A stretch of DNA of 64,000 nt from Chrysomallon squamiferum (Eukaryota; Animalia; Mollusca). Below, in pieces: positions 27,586 through 41,519 of the stretch (its first letter is position 1; every line of letters starts with the position of its first letter). Position numbers and translations under genes: made by a program. A model generated the notes under the pieces. That model did no database searches, had not been told where the DNA came from, and saw only the letters and a list, made by a program, of their open reading frames with translations. The stretch covers positions 3,224,001 through 3,288,000 of the forward strand of contig CM022671.1 in the NCBI GenBank assembly GCA_012295275.1. Reading direction: 5' to 3'.

Positions 27586-30006
27586 TTCAAAGGAGCCATC
27601 AGATAATCAAAGCCAAGCAGAGAATAAAGTGTTTGGTCCACGGCATGTTATTGAGGCAGTTAAAATGGTTTCTTCAGGAGAAATGTCTATAGAGGATGCT
27701 TCAGTTGTGTTCAAAGTTCCAAAACGTACTTTGGAGAAAAAGGTTAAGAGATACAAAGCTTTTCAAGCATGCATTTCCAGCACTGATGAAACTATCAACA
27801 ATTTATGTGAAGGACAACTTGATAACTCTGAAACATGTATAGGTGAGAATAGCAATGGTTTATGTGATATAGAAGCCAGCCAAAGTCCTCAAGTATCACA
27901 GGAGACATCTAAAGGTTACTACAGAACATACAACAGTGATATATTACCCAGTGTTGCCATGTCAGTTGCTGAAGGACAGATAAGATTAATGGAAGCATGC
28001 AAACAGTTTAATATACCAAAAGTACCCTTCAAGCAAGAATTAAACAGTACAAGTTGAAACGAAATGCTGCCAGTGAGCATGCTAATGTAGAAAACTTTGA
28101 TGATACTGCCAATGATACATGGAATTCACAGGATGCAAATGCTGCAGATGATGATGTAGTCAACCCTAGTTCTATGATAGCTTCATGTAATGCAGAACAA
28201 TTAAGGCAGGTGATTCAAGCTCTTGATGAAGAAAATGAAGAAAATACTAAATCCAGTTTGTCAGACAGTGGTGTAGGTGAAAATCCTGCTATTCAGGCCA
28301 TTCTGGAAGGAAATTGCTCTAATGAGGAAATAAAAGCACCAAGATCCTACAAAGTTTACAACACTGCCATTGTGCCTTCACTGGTAGAGAATGTTGTGCA
28401 GGGCAAAATGACATGCAGTGAGGTTGTTAATGATTATGGAATTCCAAGGCGAACACTCCAAGCAAAGGTAAAAGCTTTCAAAGAACAGAAACTCAAAGAG
28501 CATGTTGTTAGTGAAGTGAAAACAGAAATCACTGAAGATCCAAATATTTTATCAAACAACTCATCCATTCAAATTTTAAGTGTACAATCAGCTATTGATC
28601 CTGTTGTTGTGGATTCTGTAGAGTCTGATGAAATGGTGCTTCAGAAGGAATACACAGATGGTAATGAACAGCCTGGCAAGGAAACTTTTCAATCGGATGT
28701 GGAAAATGACTCGAGCAATACTGCCAGTGAAACTGGCAGTAATATGTGTGTAGATATAGCTGAACTTAGAAATCAACAAGAGCTAATGAAAATTCCAGGC
28801 CTTACAGGAACTGAACCAATAAAAAAAGTAATGAAACTAGTTGAGCAAGGTAAAGTAACAATGCAGCAAGCTGCCAGACATTTCAGCATACCTAGATATA
28901 TTTTGCCCAAACCAAGTGCAGATGGATCACCAATAGTTCTGGATGTTTCTCCACCTCAGGACAAGACAAAGAATAAATTTATTTCATCTCTTCTAGCAAA
29001 GAAAATAAAAAATGAGCAACCTGAAAAATGTTCAGATAAATGGATTGTTCCAAAACGTCCAATCTGTCGAGGCAGCTACAAAACATATGACACTAAACTG
29101 TTACCACAAATACTTGATCTGGTTATAAATGGTCATTTGACACAATTGGAAGCTCATAGGCAGTTCAACATACCAAAAAGTACCCTTCAGTTTAAACTCA
29201 AACAAATGAAGTCCAGAATGAAGAAATTCATGGGTGATTTAAAAAATACAGATAAAAGTAATTCCAGTGAAGAACCGGTTGCTACAGTCAGTAATGATTC
29301 TTCAGTGGACTGTGATCAGATTGATGGTAATGATCAGGATAAGGAAGACATAGATGATACAGAAGAATATATGGGAGGTGATGCAGATCCTGATGATAAG
29401 GACTGGAAACCTCCAAAAAGCTCATCTGGTAAAGTAGAATATGTGTGGGATGACAAGCAGCAGGAAGAGGAGGAGGAGGAGGAGGAGGAGGACTTGACAG
29501 AAGTACAACAGGATGTTGTTGAGTTTGAAACTCTTAAGGATTCATTAGAAGATGAAGAAGAAAATCTGCTTCAAATTGAGAGTGATGAAGCTGGTGCTTC
29601 ATCAGAAGAATTTAGCCCCAAAACTGGTAGAACATTCAGGGGCAACTATAAACATTACAGTGCTGAAATTTTGATGGAGATTCTTCAGAGAGTGGACCAG
29701 AGAAAAATTACTCAGCAGCAAGCCTGCCATCAATATGGAATACCCAAAAGTACACTGCAGTGCAAGCTTAAAGCTTACAGAGAAACAGGATCACTGAAAG
29801 TGTCACCTAGAAGTCGATACACAGCTCACAAAAGAGGACATTACAAGTCATATGACAGTACCCAGGTGCCAAGAATAGCCAAGTTGGTGAAGAATGGCAA
29901 ATTGAAACTGAAACAGGCTTGTAATTTATACAATATTCCTATGAGTACATTACAGCAAAAAATTAAAAAACTTGATTCTGAAACATTAGAAAAAGTGTCT
30001 GGATAA
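27586..30006 (+). CDS. Alternative terminal exon A: seven Pipsqueak-type (LCoR/E93-like) HTH repeats; one A missing at 28018-28021
   Basis: Acceptor tgttgcag|t is phase-2 compatible with exon 4. Repeats follow Y-x-x-Y...V-x-x-G...A...(F/Y)-x-I-P-K-S-T-L-Q-x-K-(L/V/I)-K, e.g. YKHYSAEILMEILQRVDQRKITQQQACHQYGIPKSTLQCKLK. ORFs 27575..28057 and 28054..30006 join if one A is restored. Confidence 0.85.
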
Positions 30007-33000
30007 ACATTTACACATTTTAATATTCATTGTTTATAGATCTGTTGTTCATTGTTACTGTGCATTATAAAATATATTACTTCAGTTATTTAAAATAACT
30101 GTTTTAAAAAAAAAACCTGCTTTTATTCAAATAATGTGTTACAGCAGAAGTCTTCCAGTCTTTACATGATGGATATGTGTCATAGAATTTAAAAATAAAC
30201 CAAAAGTGGGAGAAACTAAAGATATTTTCATGGCTTAACTTTTTAGTCTCAAAATTGTGATCTTGCCATGGTTAAACTTTAAAGAATCAGTGCCTTATTT
30301 ATCAAAGTTGTTTATATTAATTTTCACAATCAGATATTTACTTTCAAATTATTTTTTTAGTTTACTATTATTATTTTTTTTTATTTTATTTTATTTTTCT
30401 GACTTCTTATCTTCTCTGAGCATGTATGTGGATAATACAGGATAATGTTAAAAGAACAAAGGAAAATATTTTTCAGCCCATACTACTTGTTATTTGGGAT
30501 TAGTTAGTGTTTATTATATTTGTAGTAGCACAGCCACTAAAACATTCAAAAACAAGATGTTTCTGTTAATTTATAATTTGTTTATAAAACACATACAAAC
30601 ATATTTTTAATAAAATGAAGATAAGATTATTAAACAACACATAACCTTTACATAAAGATCTGATACAAAGAAATCTCTTTCTGCTTGAATCTTTAAAATG
30701 TTATACTTAAACAATCTTTGTATTATAAACAACAGTTTTCAGTATTTGATTTGTTCAAATTTGTTTTATTTTTAGACCCTTTTTCTATAAAATCTTTCAA
30801 ACAGAAAACTGGAAATAGTCAAACATTTTCAAAAGCATTAAATTCAAGTATAATTGTTATCAGTTTCAATCTTTAATATTAACATACAGTGTCCCAAAAC
30901 AGAACAGTCACAGTTATTTTTTTACTCGTTTTTTTCTTACTTGTTATCAAAATAATCAGAAATTGGTATAGAATCAGATTATTCTATGATTTTTTTTTTT
31001 ATGAGATATTTAAAATTAGATTTACCTGAACAAATTAGATCATGTCTTTATCAGTCTTCAAACTTTGTCCAGGTCTTCTTTTCTTTTTTCTTATGTTTTT
31101 TTTTTTTTTGTTAATCAACAGAATGATCAGACATTTTGTTCACAGTATGGATTTTGCTGTTGAAATCATTTTATAAATTCATCAATAATTTTTATTGTTT
31201 TATTTCTCTTTGTTTGTTATGATATCATGTTATTATTATTATTGTTATTAAATAAAATGTTTAATATATTTCAAAATGACAGATAATATGCATAATTAAT
31301 TTAATTAGAAAACCTGTTCACAAAGGTGTACAGCATAGTATTTAAAATATTTTATTTATCTATTATTTCAGTTATTCATTTAGTGAATATTTTCAATTAA
31401 AATGGTTATTCATTTAGTGAATTCATTTAGTGAATATTTTCAATGCAATGAAAATGGTAAATAGGTGCTAGATCAACAGGACAGACTAATTTGCTAGCTG
31501 TATAACTGGTCATACCAATTTTTTAAAGTGTAAAGATAAGAAGATACTGAAAAAGTGTATTGCATATGAAAAAGTTCCTGTTTAACACTTTTTAATAATG
31601 CTAATAGAAACTAGGCTTATTGCCTTTCATTGTTATGGTTACTTAGATAGTTACTACATGTATTAATCTTTACTGGGGAAATTTATGCAGGCATAAATAC
31701 AGTCATGTTAGGGTAACTTGTTTTTATAGTTTTAAATCGTTTTTATAGTGCATGGTTTTTAAGCATAATATTACAAAGCATACATTTTATATAATTGCAT
31801 GTCTGTCATTTAGTTTTCTTGTTTTTTAAAGTTAAATAATTTGTTACGCATTGAGCTAATGATTAGGCAGTTTGATTATTATATATCACAGTTTTCTACT
31901 CAGCATGTGTTCAAAAAATAAATGTCAATATACCATGTTAATATTACTGAAAATTTGCTTACAGTGTTACAGTGTCATTAGACACACTTATTCACCGTCT
32001 ATTAATACATGTATCAAAAGTTGTGGGTTTTTTTTTTTAGATATGTTTATTACTTTATCTTTTTATTCCTATTATAACAGCTATTATATTTCTTCTATTT
32101 AGACAATAAAATAAGTCATTTTCAGACTGAAAAAAAACCTATAAAAAAGATAGAAAATTAAAAATTATTTTACATAAACAAATCAGTAAAAGATAAAACT
32201 GATCTCATATTTGTTATGTAAGATCAGATTTCTTATTCAGGCTGTCATTCCATTCCATGTATATTTTAAATACAGTACAAAGTAAAATAATAATATGTTG
32301 GTTTCTTGATGTGTTTTTTTTTTTTAAATTTTTAGAAATTTTTTACAATGAAAATATTTTCTTTGTACTTTAAGGTTCGTTAGTACATTTGATGTTTTTG
32401 TGTTTTTTTCTACTTTCATATTAATATTAAAGTAAATTAAAACTGCCAATTAAAAAAACAAAAACATAATCAAATATATAAAGGTGGCTAATAAAAAGGC
32501 CTTTTCAAACAATCTACTTTTTTAAATTTTACTTTATGTCTGAGAAGTTTGTCTGAGTCAGGAACACAGTACTTGATTTTTGTCTAGGTTATTATCTTAA
32601 GAGATCAATTAAAGAACAGCATATTATACTTTTACTATAATAGATTTAGGTAGGAACTGATTCTGGGATTTGATCCCATTATGTGCTAGTCTCAAAGCCA
32701 TTGACTTAACTTTTCAGATGGTTTTTATATTACATTTACTTTGTTAAGTAATATTTTTATGAATTATTTAACAGCATATGCTACATTTCAATCTGGTCAT
32801 TGAAATTCTGGGCTGTTTATTGGCAAGAAAGGTGGATTATTTTGATGCATAATGTATTTACTGTATACGCCTTAATTTATTTTATGTACATACATATAAT
32901 GCATACATACAGTGTTTGTGACTAATTATTAGAGATAATGTCAACAAATGTTTGTCAAATAAAAATAATATTTTTCAAATTTTATACAGAACTTTGTTTT

Positions 33001-34579
33001 GTCATAAAATGACAAGGATTTAGCAAGAAGAATGGATTTTAATTTTGGTGTTATTGTTTTTTTTTTTTTTTCTGTTTCCCTCATCTTCTGTTTCTTTATG
33101 AATTAAATGTCATCACCTAACATAAAGAAGATCATTTTTAGTATTCTTAAACTTCATTAAAGACTTCTAAGCAAAATATGTATAGTGATTATAAAAAAGT
33201 AGGTAAAATTCAGTTATTTCTAACATAACTGATCAGTATTCTCTTTTCTTTCACTATTTCTCAGCATAATCCCATTTTATTTATCAAATGTCATTTATAA
33301 TTAATTAATTTTCTATATATCAATCACCATAAAGATTCATTCATTAACATAATCATCCTCCAAACCTATAATTTAATTTCTCTGTAAAAATTTCAAAACC
33401 CAATTTTCTTAAAAATTATTTTTTTTTTTATATACACTATCATTCTTTTATAGACATAATCATCCTCCAAATATATAATTTCACTGTATAATTGTTTTAA
33501 AACCATATTTTCTTATTTTTTGGTGCATGTGGCTTCAGTAACAGTTATAAAAATTACCTATTAGTTTCAGGTATCATTTCTGTTGTCAAAACAGGCCTTA
33601 TCAAATTTGATATTTGTGACCCAGTGTTTATCTAAATGTGTTCTGTTAAGTCTGTCTCATATTTTGTTGATGTAAATCTACATCAAGCCAGATAACTGGT
33701 CTCTATATTTGTTTTCTCATTGTGATAACCAGCAGTTTTTGCAATCCAGCCATATTGTTTTGTTATGTATTGATTGTTATGTTTCTTTTGTCTTTTGTAC
33801 CATTTCAAATACTATTTAGTACTCTACATTTTAAAAAAAAACAAATTTAAAATAAAAACAAAACAAAAATTTAATTATGGTATTGTACGATCAGATTATA
33901 TAAAAATGTTTGTTTTGCACGCTGGTAAGAATTTATATACGTCATGACATAACCATAAAATAATAAACATATATTTCTGAATATGTTGTTAATTTTTTTT
34001 TATTATCTCTCTAAATTGGGTAATAAAAATAGTACAGATGGTTATGAGTTTTTTATATATATATATATATATATATATCTGTGCAATACTGGAAACATTG
34101 TCTTAAAAAAACTCCACTTAACTGTTCATTTGTTATCTTTAAATTTATTACCCCAGATCACTGATTCATTCTTTATTTATTAATTATTATTATTATTATT
34201 ATTATTATTATTTTATTTTTAAAGAAGAGGTAGTAGTAGAAAGCAACACAAGTTCATTAAATTCTTTAAATGTATTATTACTATGATTATTATTATTTAC
34301 ATATAAACTATATAAGTTTTTTTCCCATTAATATAATAAATAGCTGTACTAACTCTTAATGACATAATAAGTTTGTAATGTGTTTATTTTAGTTTTGCAA
34401 AGGTTATGGTTATATCTGCAGTGCCTCTTGGTTGAAAGTGATCTCGAAAAATGTTAAGGAATCGTAGTTTAAAAAAACATGTTTTAACATATTTCTCTTG
34501 TTTAATAAAACTGGCAGGTTTAGTTTCTTATATAAATAATGTTAACTGTGGTTTGAAGACTTATCTTATTGAATTTCAG

Positions 34580-35573
34580 CAGAGCTGCAGACTGTGACTC
34601 ATTAGAAATGAGCACTGATGCCTGTGTGTTCCAGAATGATGGGTCAGTGAATCAGAGGAGGAAGTGGCTGTGTATGAAGTGCAGTGAAATGGTGAATATT
34701 TGTGGAGGCGAGATCTTCTTTCAATACAGAGATTGTTCAGGCAGCAGATGGACATATGCAAGTTCAGAAAACATGTGGAAGTGGTATTTGAACTGTGATG
34801 GAGGACATGATGACAACTGGCTGGATGAACAAGGCTGTGTAAAACAGAGCATTACATATACAAGCTGTCAAAAAAAGACTGTCTCACTGCTGGGACAAAA
34901 TTCTAAAACTAAATCCATTCTGGATTCAGATTTGTCATGCCAGACAAAAAAGATCATAACTATCAACAAGCCTATGCCAGGAAAAGTGTTGTCAGCTCCA
35001 AGGATTATAACTGTTAGAAACCGACAAGCAAGCAGGTCTGCTAAATCTTCAGTGCCAGTGAAAAAGATAATCATTACCAAAAAGATTCTGTCATCACATG
35101 GGCAAACAGGTACTATGTTGATGTCCATTGTAAACACGGATTCAGGAATGTCACAAACATCCAAAGGTAACTCTAAGGTAAAGACAGCATCTGGGAAAGA
35201 TTCTACAGGTGATGATTCTGATTCTGATGAGCCAGTAATTGAGAAGGTGGAGTTTCCATCAGCTGATAATGGCAGAATAACACCTATAACCATTCAGAGT
35301 GATTCCGATGAAGAGGAGGAGAATAATGTCAGTAAGAATGAGTGTGTGAAATTTTCTGAGGATGAGAACTCAAAAGAAAGGAGTTGTGAGATTTGCTGTG
35401 AGAAGAGTACAGCAGACCCTGAAGGGCAGAATGGTTGGTGGGTGAGATGTAAGAGATGTTGTAGTGTGTGGGTACACAGCAAGTGCATTGGCTGGACAGA
35501 AAAAATGGTTGGTTCCCAAACTTACCTGTGCACAGAATGTTTAGAATCTGAAGAATCTGCCATTGTTCTTTGA
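34580..35573 (+). CDS. Alternative terminal exon B: MADS-box-like segment plus C-terminal PHD finger
   Basis: Acceptor tttcag|c (a NAGNAG, cagcag) is phase-2 compatible with exon 4. C4HC3 PHD: CEIC...WWVRCKRCCSVWVHSKCIG...YLCTEC. N-terminal QRRKWLCMKCSEMVNICGGEIFFQYRDCSGSRWTYAS is MADS-like. Confidence 0.78.
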
Positions 35574-38500
35574 AATTTTAAATTCTTTTTAAATATACTG
35601 GTGCAGATGAAAATCATCATGGTGTGGTTGTTTGTGTGTGAAATGTAGAAATTTCATCCATTCTTTGAAATTTGTATGTGTTTCTAGAAATAAAAAATAA
35701 ATTGATTGGTGCAGACTGTCACAAAAAAGGTCGTTAGAAAAAATAAAAAAAATCAATTCTTGGAAATATTTATTTAAAATTAATTTTTTTGTATATATAG
35801 TGAAATAATTAGCTTATGTAAAAGACAAAAGAAAGAAGGATGAAAAATCTGGCATTATTATTATTATTAGTAGTAGTAGTATTTTTTTAAATTGGAAAAT
35901 CAGTACACTGGTGGAGATAAGGATCAACATGTGCTTGTAATGTGAGAAAGCAAAAATAGATAAATAAATGCATGATAACAGATGTAGATCATCATGGTTG
36001 ATCATAACAGAGAGATAGTGAAAGGTTTAAAGAGCCAACACTGTTCAGTTAAATTTTTATATATTCAAAAATACTAGTAAATAGATTTGTACATGAGATA
36101 ATCATAGGAGGCAAGAGTTTGTTTATATATCAGAGAAAGAATGACAATGAATATGGCAAGAGCTATAAAAAAAAATTGTCTTTTCATACTGATCATTCTG
36201 CAAACTGACAATTATAAAATGATAATAAGTAAATAAATTGAAATTTAAAAAATGTAAATTTGTTTTCCCATCACCAAAGCATTAGTCCAAATTGTCATCC
36301 TGTTGAATGTTATTTCTGATAAAGCTCATCTTACATGTTGTTACTTTATAATGGAATTTTACCACATACAGCTTTTTAAACCATAAACCACAGACCATAA
36401 ACTGGATTGATCCTGCAACCAAAGACTCTAAAAACCAGTATTTTAACTGCTTTTTTACAGCTCATTCAGAGTTTTTATAATTAATATACAAATTTACATA
36501 AAAATATGAAATTCATGCTTAACGTGTTCACATGCCTCTGATTTATTTTATTTTACTTTTGCTTACCAGCAGAAATATGTTTTTTTTTTTAATTGTTGAT
36601 AAATGATATGTTTATATTTATTTATGTATTTATTTATTATATAAAACATTAAATATATTTTTTATTTATTAATGTTTTAATTAACACAATATTTAACATT
36701 TTATACTGTTTCTAAAAAGATTCACATTATTTAACAATATGTCATGTCAATGCATTTTGATATTAACTGTAATCAGATTATGACATTTGATTTTACAAAT
36801 GATAGTTTGAGATAAGAAACTTGTTGCCACACTATGCACTATTTTTATCAAGATGCAACAAAATGTAGACTGACTGGAATTACTTAAGAAGTAAAGTTTA
36901 AATTTTAATGAAATATAAAATTATAACTTTATGACATTATAATATTTTAGGTTAAGTAATAAAACCAATATGATTATAAACTAATTTTCAAGTAGCACGA
37001 ACACGTTAAATACTAAATGCCATTAACTTCTTATTTTCCTGTGAAAATATGTTTATATTTGTGTGATGCTTATGTGTTTGGGAGCTCTTTTAAGATAAAT
37101 AAACATCCATTTTTATTAGCTACTTTAAATAGAGTACGAAACTTTGAATAACACAGTCACACTATATGTTAACAAAATTTGTAAAAAATGGTCATGAAAA
37201 TTATCTAAGATATAACTGGCAAGTTGCATAAAATGTTTGTAAGTTACCTATTCATACATTTGGTTTTCATTAAAAAAATGGATTTCAAAGGGAGGTTTTT
37301 TGTTGCTATTTTTTTTAATTTAATATAATTCTCGTATAAAAAGTTTCATTTCTAGTTTCAGTTTATCCTCATACTTTATTTATATCCATTTTATTTGTTT
37401 TGTTTGGATATAAATTTTATTGAAGAAGATATAAAAGATTAAATTTTAATAGTTTTTGTTACTTAATATATATACATCTGATGTATTTATTCTTCATTCA
37501 CAAATACAGAGGAAATGTTTTTATCGAAATCAAATTTAGACCTTTGCATCCTGGCCCTAATTTTGCCAGTTGTATTGAAAAGGGATAAGACAATGATTGT
37601 ATTCCACTTTATATGTAATATTTTACATATATTAGAATACACTTTCTTCATTTTTAGTAAAAGTTTACTAGAAAACATTATTAGTGCTGTAAATAAAACA
37701 AAAGTCATTAAACGATATTTGTTTTTTTTGTTGTTAATCATAGTCTGTTTCAATCTTCCATTTGTTTTGAGGTTTGGGTTTTTTAAATGTATTACATTAA
37801 AATTAACAAAATGAATTACCACTGAAAATGTTGCTTATCCTTGTACCAAATAAGATAATTTCATTCCAAGGCGAAAAATAATAAAAAGTATCCATAAAAA
37901 ATAAACATTTCTGTGAACTTTAATTAGCTGTGATTAAAACAGAAGAAACTTCATAATCATACATACATTTGTATTGAAGAAAGTATTTACTAACAGGTTA
38001 TGTTGTTATTTCACAAATATTGATGTTAACAACAAAATCAAATAAAACAGAATAACACAAGTTCAGGATAATTCGAAGGATAGCCTATCTCCATTTGAAA
38101 TCTTAGTTTTATTTACACTGCTGTGTATTTCCGTTTCAAGGACTGACTAAAAATATGTGCCACCAGTGAACTATTTTTTTTTTTTAAGAAAACAGAAATA
38201 ACAGCATTTCACACAGTATCTAGATGATACCCTCTATCTGTTACACATACACTTGACCCACATCTTATGAAAATACAGGTTATGGCTGAGTGAACTGCTA
38301 ATCGTATGCTTTCTACCCGGCATGCAATAATGGACTCATCTTCTGAGATGTTACAAGGTCAGCTTACGGAATAATTGAGCAAATCCCTACTAACAATTAA
38401 AATACAAGAACAGACATACACATTCACATCTATTTATTGCAAATTCAATCATGTAACAAGAATAATATGAATTATTTTATTACATTTAGTACATATGAAC

Positions 38501-39287
38501 AATACATGCATCACTAGGGCATATATTACAGTGTTACAGTACATGTTAGTATGTATATATATTCAGCCAAGTTCAGCTGGTGACTGTTCCACCAACATTA
38601 CAGGGTTTGCTTAATCATTGCAACATCTGGATGTGTAATAGATGGGAGACAACTGCAGGAACAAATATCAGCTTTATTACAAGAAGAGAGTAAGGAGAAG
38701 TGCTTCTAGATTCACATTGCTTGAATAAAAATATATAATTTTTTTAATTTATTAATTTTTTTTCTACAAGTATAGTCAGATCCATATTTTTCATTCATGC
38801 TATGTTTGGCATTTTCAGATTCAGAGCCCTGGTGTTGAGAGAGAAAAAGTATTTATCAGATATTTACCATATTTAAAAGAGCTGTTTAGTGATGCTGAGT
38901 GACTGAATAGTAGTTTTTAATAAAAAAATAAAAAAAAAAATACCCAAGTTACTATTGTTGCATTTATTTGTCCATAATATCTGTGGTAAACCAATTAACT
39001 ATTTTTAAAAGCAAACAAAATGTTAGCTTGTAATTGTTACTGTATGAAAAAAAAATGAAATGGCAGCATGGAGATCAAAAACAGTTACTAGAATCACTAA
39101 GATAAATATATTTGCATGTGTTGGTTGATAACAGTGTACAAATCTGTAAGGTAGCTTGCAGTAAAAGAACAAAAAAAGCAAGTCACTGTATATATTTATA
39201 TTTAATGGTTTTAGAGCTCCAATCTAGTGTTGAACAGTAAACAAAACAGCTCTGCAATGCTATTTCCAGGATGTATTCTGCTAACAT

Positions 39288-41220
39288 TTAAAATCGTTTT
39301 TTGTATAATATTGCTGGATCATTGGCAATCTTTCGTTTTGGTACATGCTGCAGTGCTTTGTTCCAGTCATTGCTTTCTTTCAACTCAAGCATAATTTTTA
39401 CAACCTGGTCAATGGTCAGACTTTTACTCCCTTGAGACCATCTGAAAAAAATAAAAATAAAAATAAAAAATAAAATGTTTGTAAAAAATGTTTAAAAGGT
39501 TGTTTATTAAACTACATTATGTTTTATATAAATGTTTCTTTTTTATTTTAAGTGCTTTTTTTTTTCTCTTTTGTTTTTTACCATTAGTTTGGGTTGTTTT
39601 CTTTATGCATTTAATAGAATATATCTTTTACTGAGGAATTCTGGTGCATGACAACTGAAATATCTTTACTGTTAGAATTATTGCAAAAAATCCTCTAATT
39701 TCATTTGCTAAAAAAAAAAAAAAAAAAATTTCATCTAACAACAAAAACATTTCTTACCATTATAAAAAATGTTTTATCTTGCTTAATTTTTGAAAGTAAT
39801 ATCAAATTTTATTATTATTATTCTGTATCTAGAAAATACTTCTTTAGGAACCAACTTATGGATTTTTTTAAATCACACTTACATGAGATGCTGATCCAGT
39901 GGAAACTTTGCCATCCTGATATTTTGTTCCTTAGCTTTGGCCATCGTAAATGGCTTCTGAGAGGTTTTGTCAACAAGACCACCAATAATGTAAACATCAT
40001 CAGGATTAAATGACTTCAGTGTCTCTGGAGCATTGGGTGTTAAATAAACAACATTATTTCGTGGAAACAGATCCAGATAGTCACGTTCAGTCACTGTGAA
40101 AAGAAATGATTCAAGAGGACGCTCCACTGACCCCTTGTTCAGCATTCTCAAAATATGACCTTCAGGATCTGCATTGGTGAACATGAAGTGAAAAGGTTCA
40201 GTCACCAGTTTGTTGAAACCATAAGCCATCATGAGCTGAGTAACAAGATTCTGACAATCTTGCACTCTCATGTGTTTCTCAAAACCTAAATCAAACACAA
40301 GAGGGAGGCCAAACAACATGGCATGAGCCAGACGTGCGTAACACATACGATTCATTGACGTTTGACGAATGTGGAAGAAAAATGTATTTTTAGGTTCTCG
40401 TTCTACAGATTCTTGTTCTTTCTCTTCAGCTTCTTTTTTCAGTTTTTCTTCTTTCATCTTCTGTTTAGCCTTTTTCTTCTGCTCCATCTTTTCGATTTTG
40501 CGGAGGAATCTGTAACTTTTTCGGCGTGCTGTTGCTGAGCTATGTTCTAACATTTTCAACCAGTGTTCATCTGTCATGTTTTCTGGAACCTTCAGAAACA
40601 TCAAAGCAATAATAATAATAAATTATAATTTATCAAAAGAGACTTAAATTTTTTAAACTCTTCTGATCATTTATATATTATGTTTTTTAATAGCTATATA
40701 GCTGAAAAGTAATAATTTCTTGGGGTTTTTTGTAAAATAGGTGGACATTTATAGTTATGATCAGTTAAAACCAGTATATAAAATAAAAAAGCAACATGCA
40801 AAATAAATTTTGTTCCTTATTAGAAATGATTTGAAGAGCTGAAGGTAATTTAAGAACATCCTACAATTAAAAAATAGAAATTATAGTAGACAAACTTACA
40901 AAGGCACCCATATGAAGTAGAACTTCATATTCCATTTTTATAACCTTCAATTTCTTTTCTTTCTCAGCATCTAAAGAATTCAGAATTTCAGTGGCAGACT
41001 TGATATCCATTACTGTCTTTTTTTCACTTTCAACATCAGCTGCAGTGTGTTGGCTTTTTTTAATAAGCAGAGTTGAACATTTTTGTGGATACGTGAATTT
41101 AGTCGACAAGTGTTTGTATCTATTGTCAAGAGAAGTTAAACATTGTCCCGTTTTTGTGATCAGTGAAATCTCATCAAGCACTGACCTGCAGAAGCGTTTC
41201 CAAGGCAACACCCTCAGCAT
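39288..41220 (-). CDS. TRMT10C: Mitochondrial RNase P protein 1 / tRNA m1R9 methyltransferase
   Basis: Exons 40900-41220, 39883-40589 and 39288-39441. Presequence-like N-terminus, then AMLFGLPLVFDLGFE, VVYLTPNA, VYIIGGLVDK, MAKFPLDQHLIWSQGSKSLTIDQV and WNKALQHVPKRK, the SPOUT-domain signature of TRMT10C/MRPP1. Confidence 0.93.
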
Positions 41221-41519
41221 TTTTGCTGATTTCTAAAAAAACAACAAAAAAAAATAAATAAATAAATTTAATATAAATTATGTTAATGAAATTTAATCAA
41301 AAATTAAATTTTAACTATTTTAATTCATGTTACAATTATGTGCTTAGAATAAATATTTAATTCCTCACGCATTACATCAAACAAATAATTATAGGCCTAC
41401 ACTAAATAATTTTAAGTTTGAAATTCTGAGAAGGGCCATAACTTGTCCTGTAAATACTAAATAAAGGACACGGGATGGCGTGAAGGTTTTTCTGATCTTA
41501 AATTATTAAATTAATTCTC

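Noticed and set aside
27575-30006. Autonomous pogo/Tigger transposase
   Set aside because: HTH repeats are present but there is no DDE catalytic domain and no flanking TIRs; the region has an in-phase splice acceptor.
34868-35488. Minus-strand ORFs of 141 aa and 64 aa
   Set aside because: They are antisense shadows of the MADS-like/PHD exon.
37487-37822. Overlapping 111-aa (-) and 99-aa (+) ORFs
   Set aside because: AT-rich composition, no recognisable motif, and located in the probable 3' UTR or intergenic zone. I found no convincing acceptor that would make a third terminal exon.
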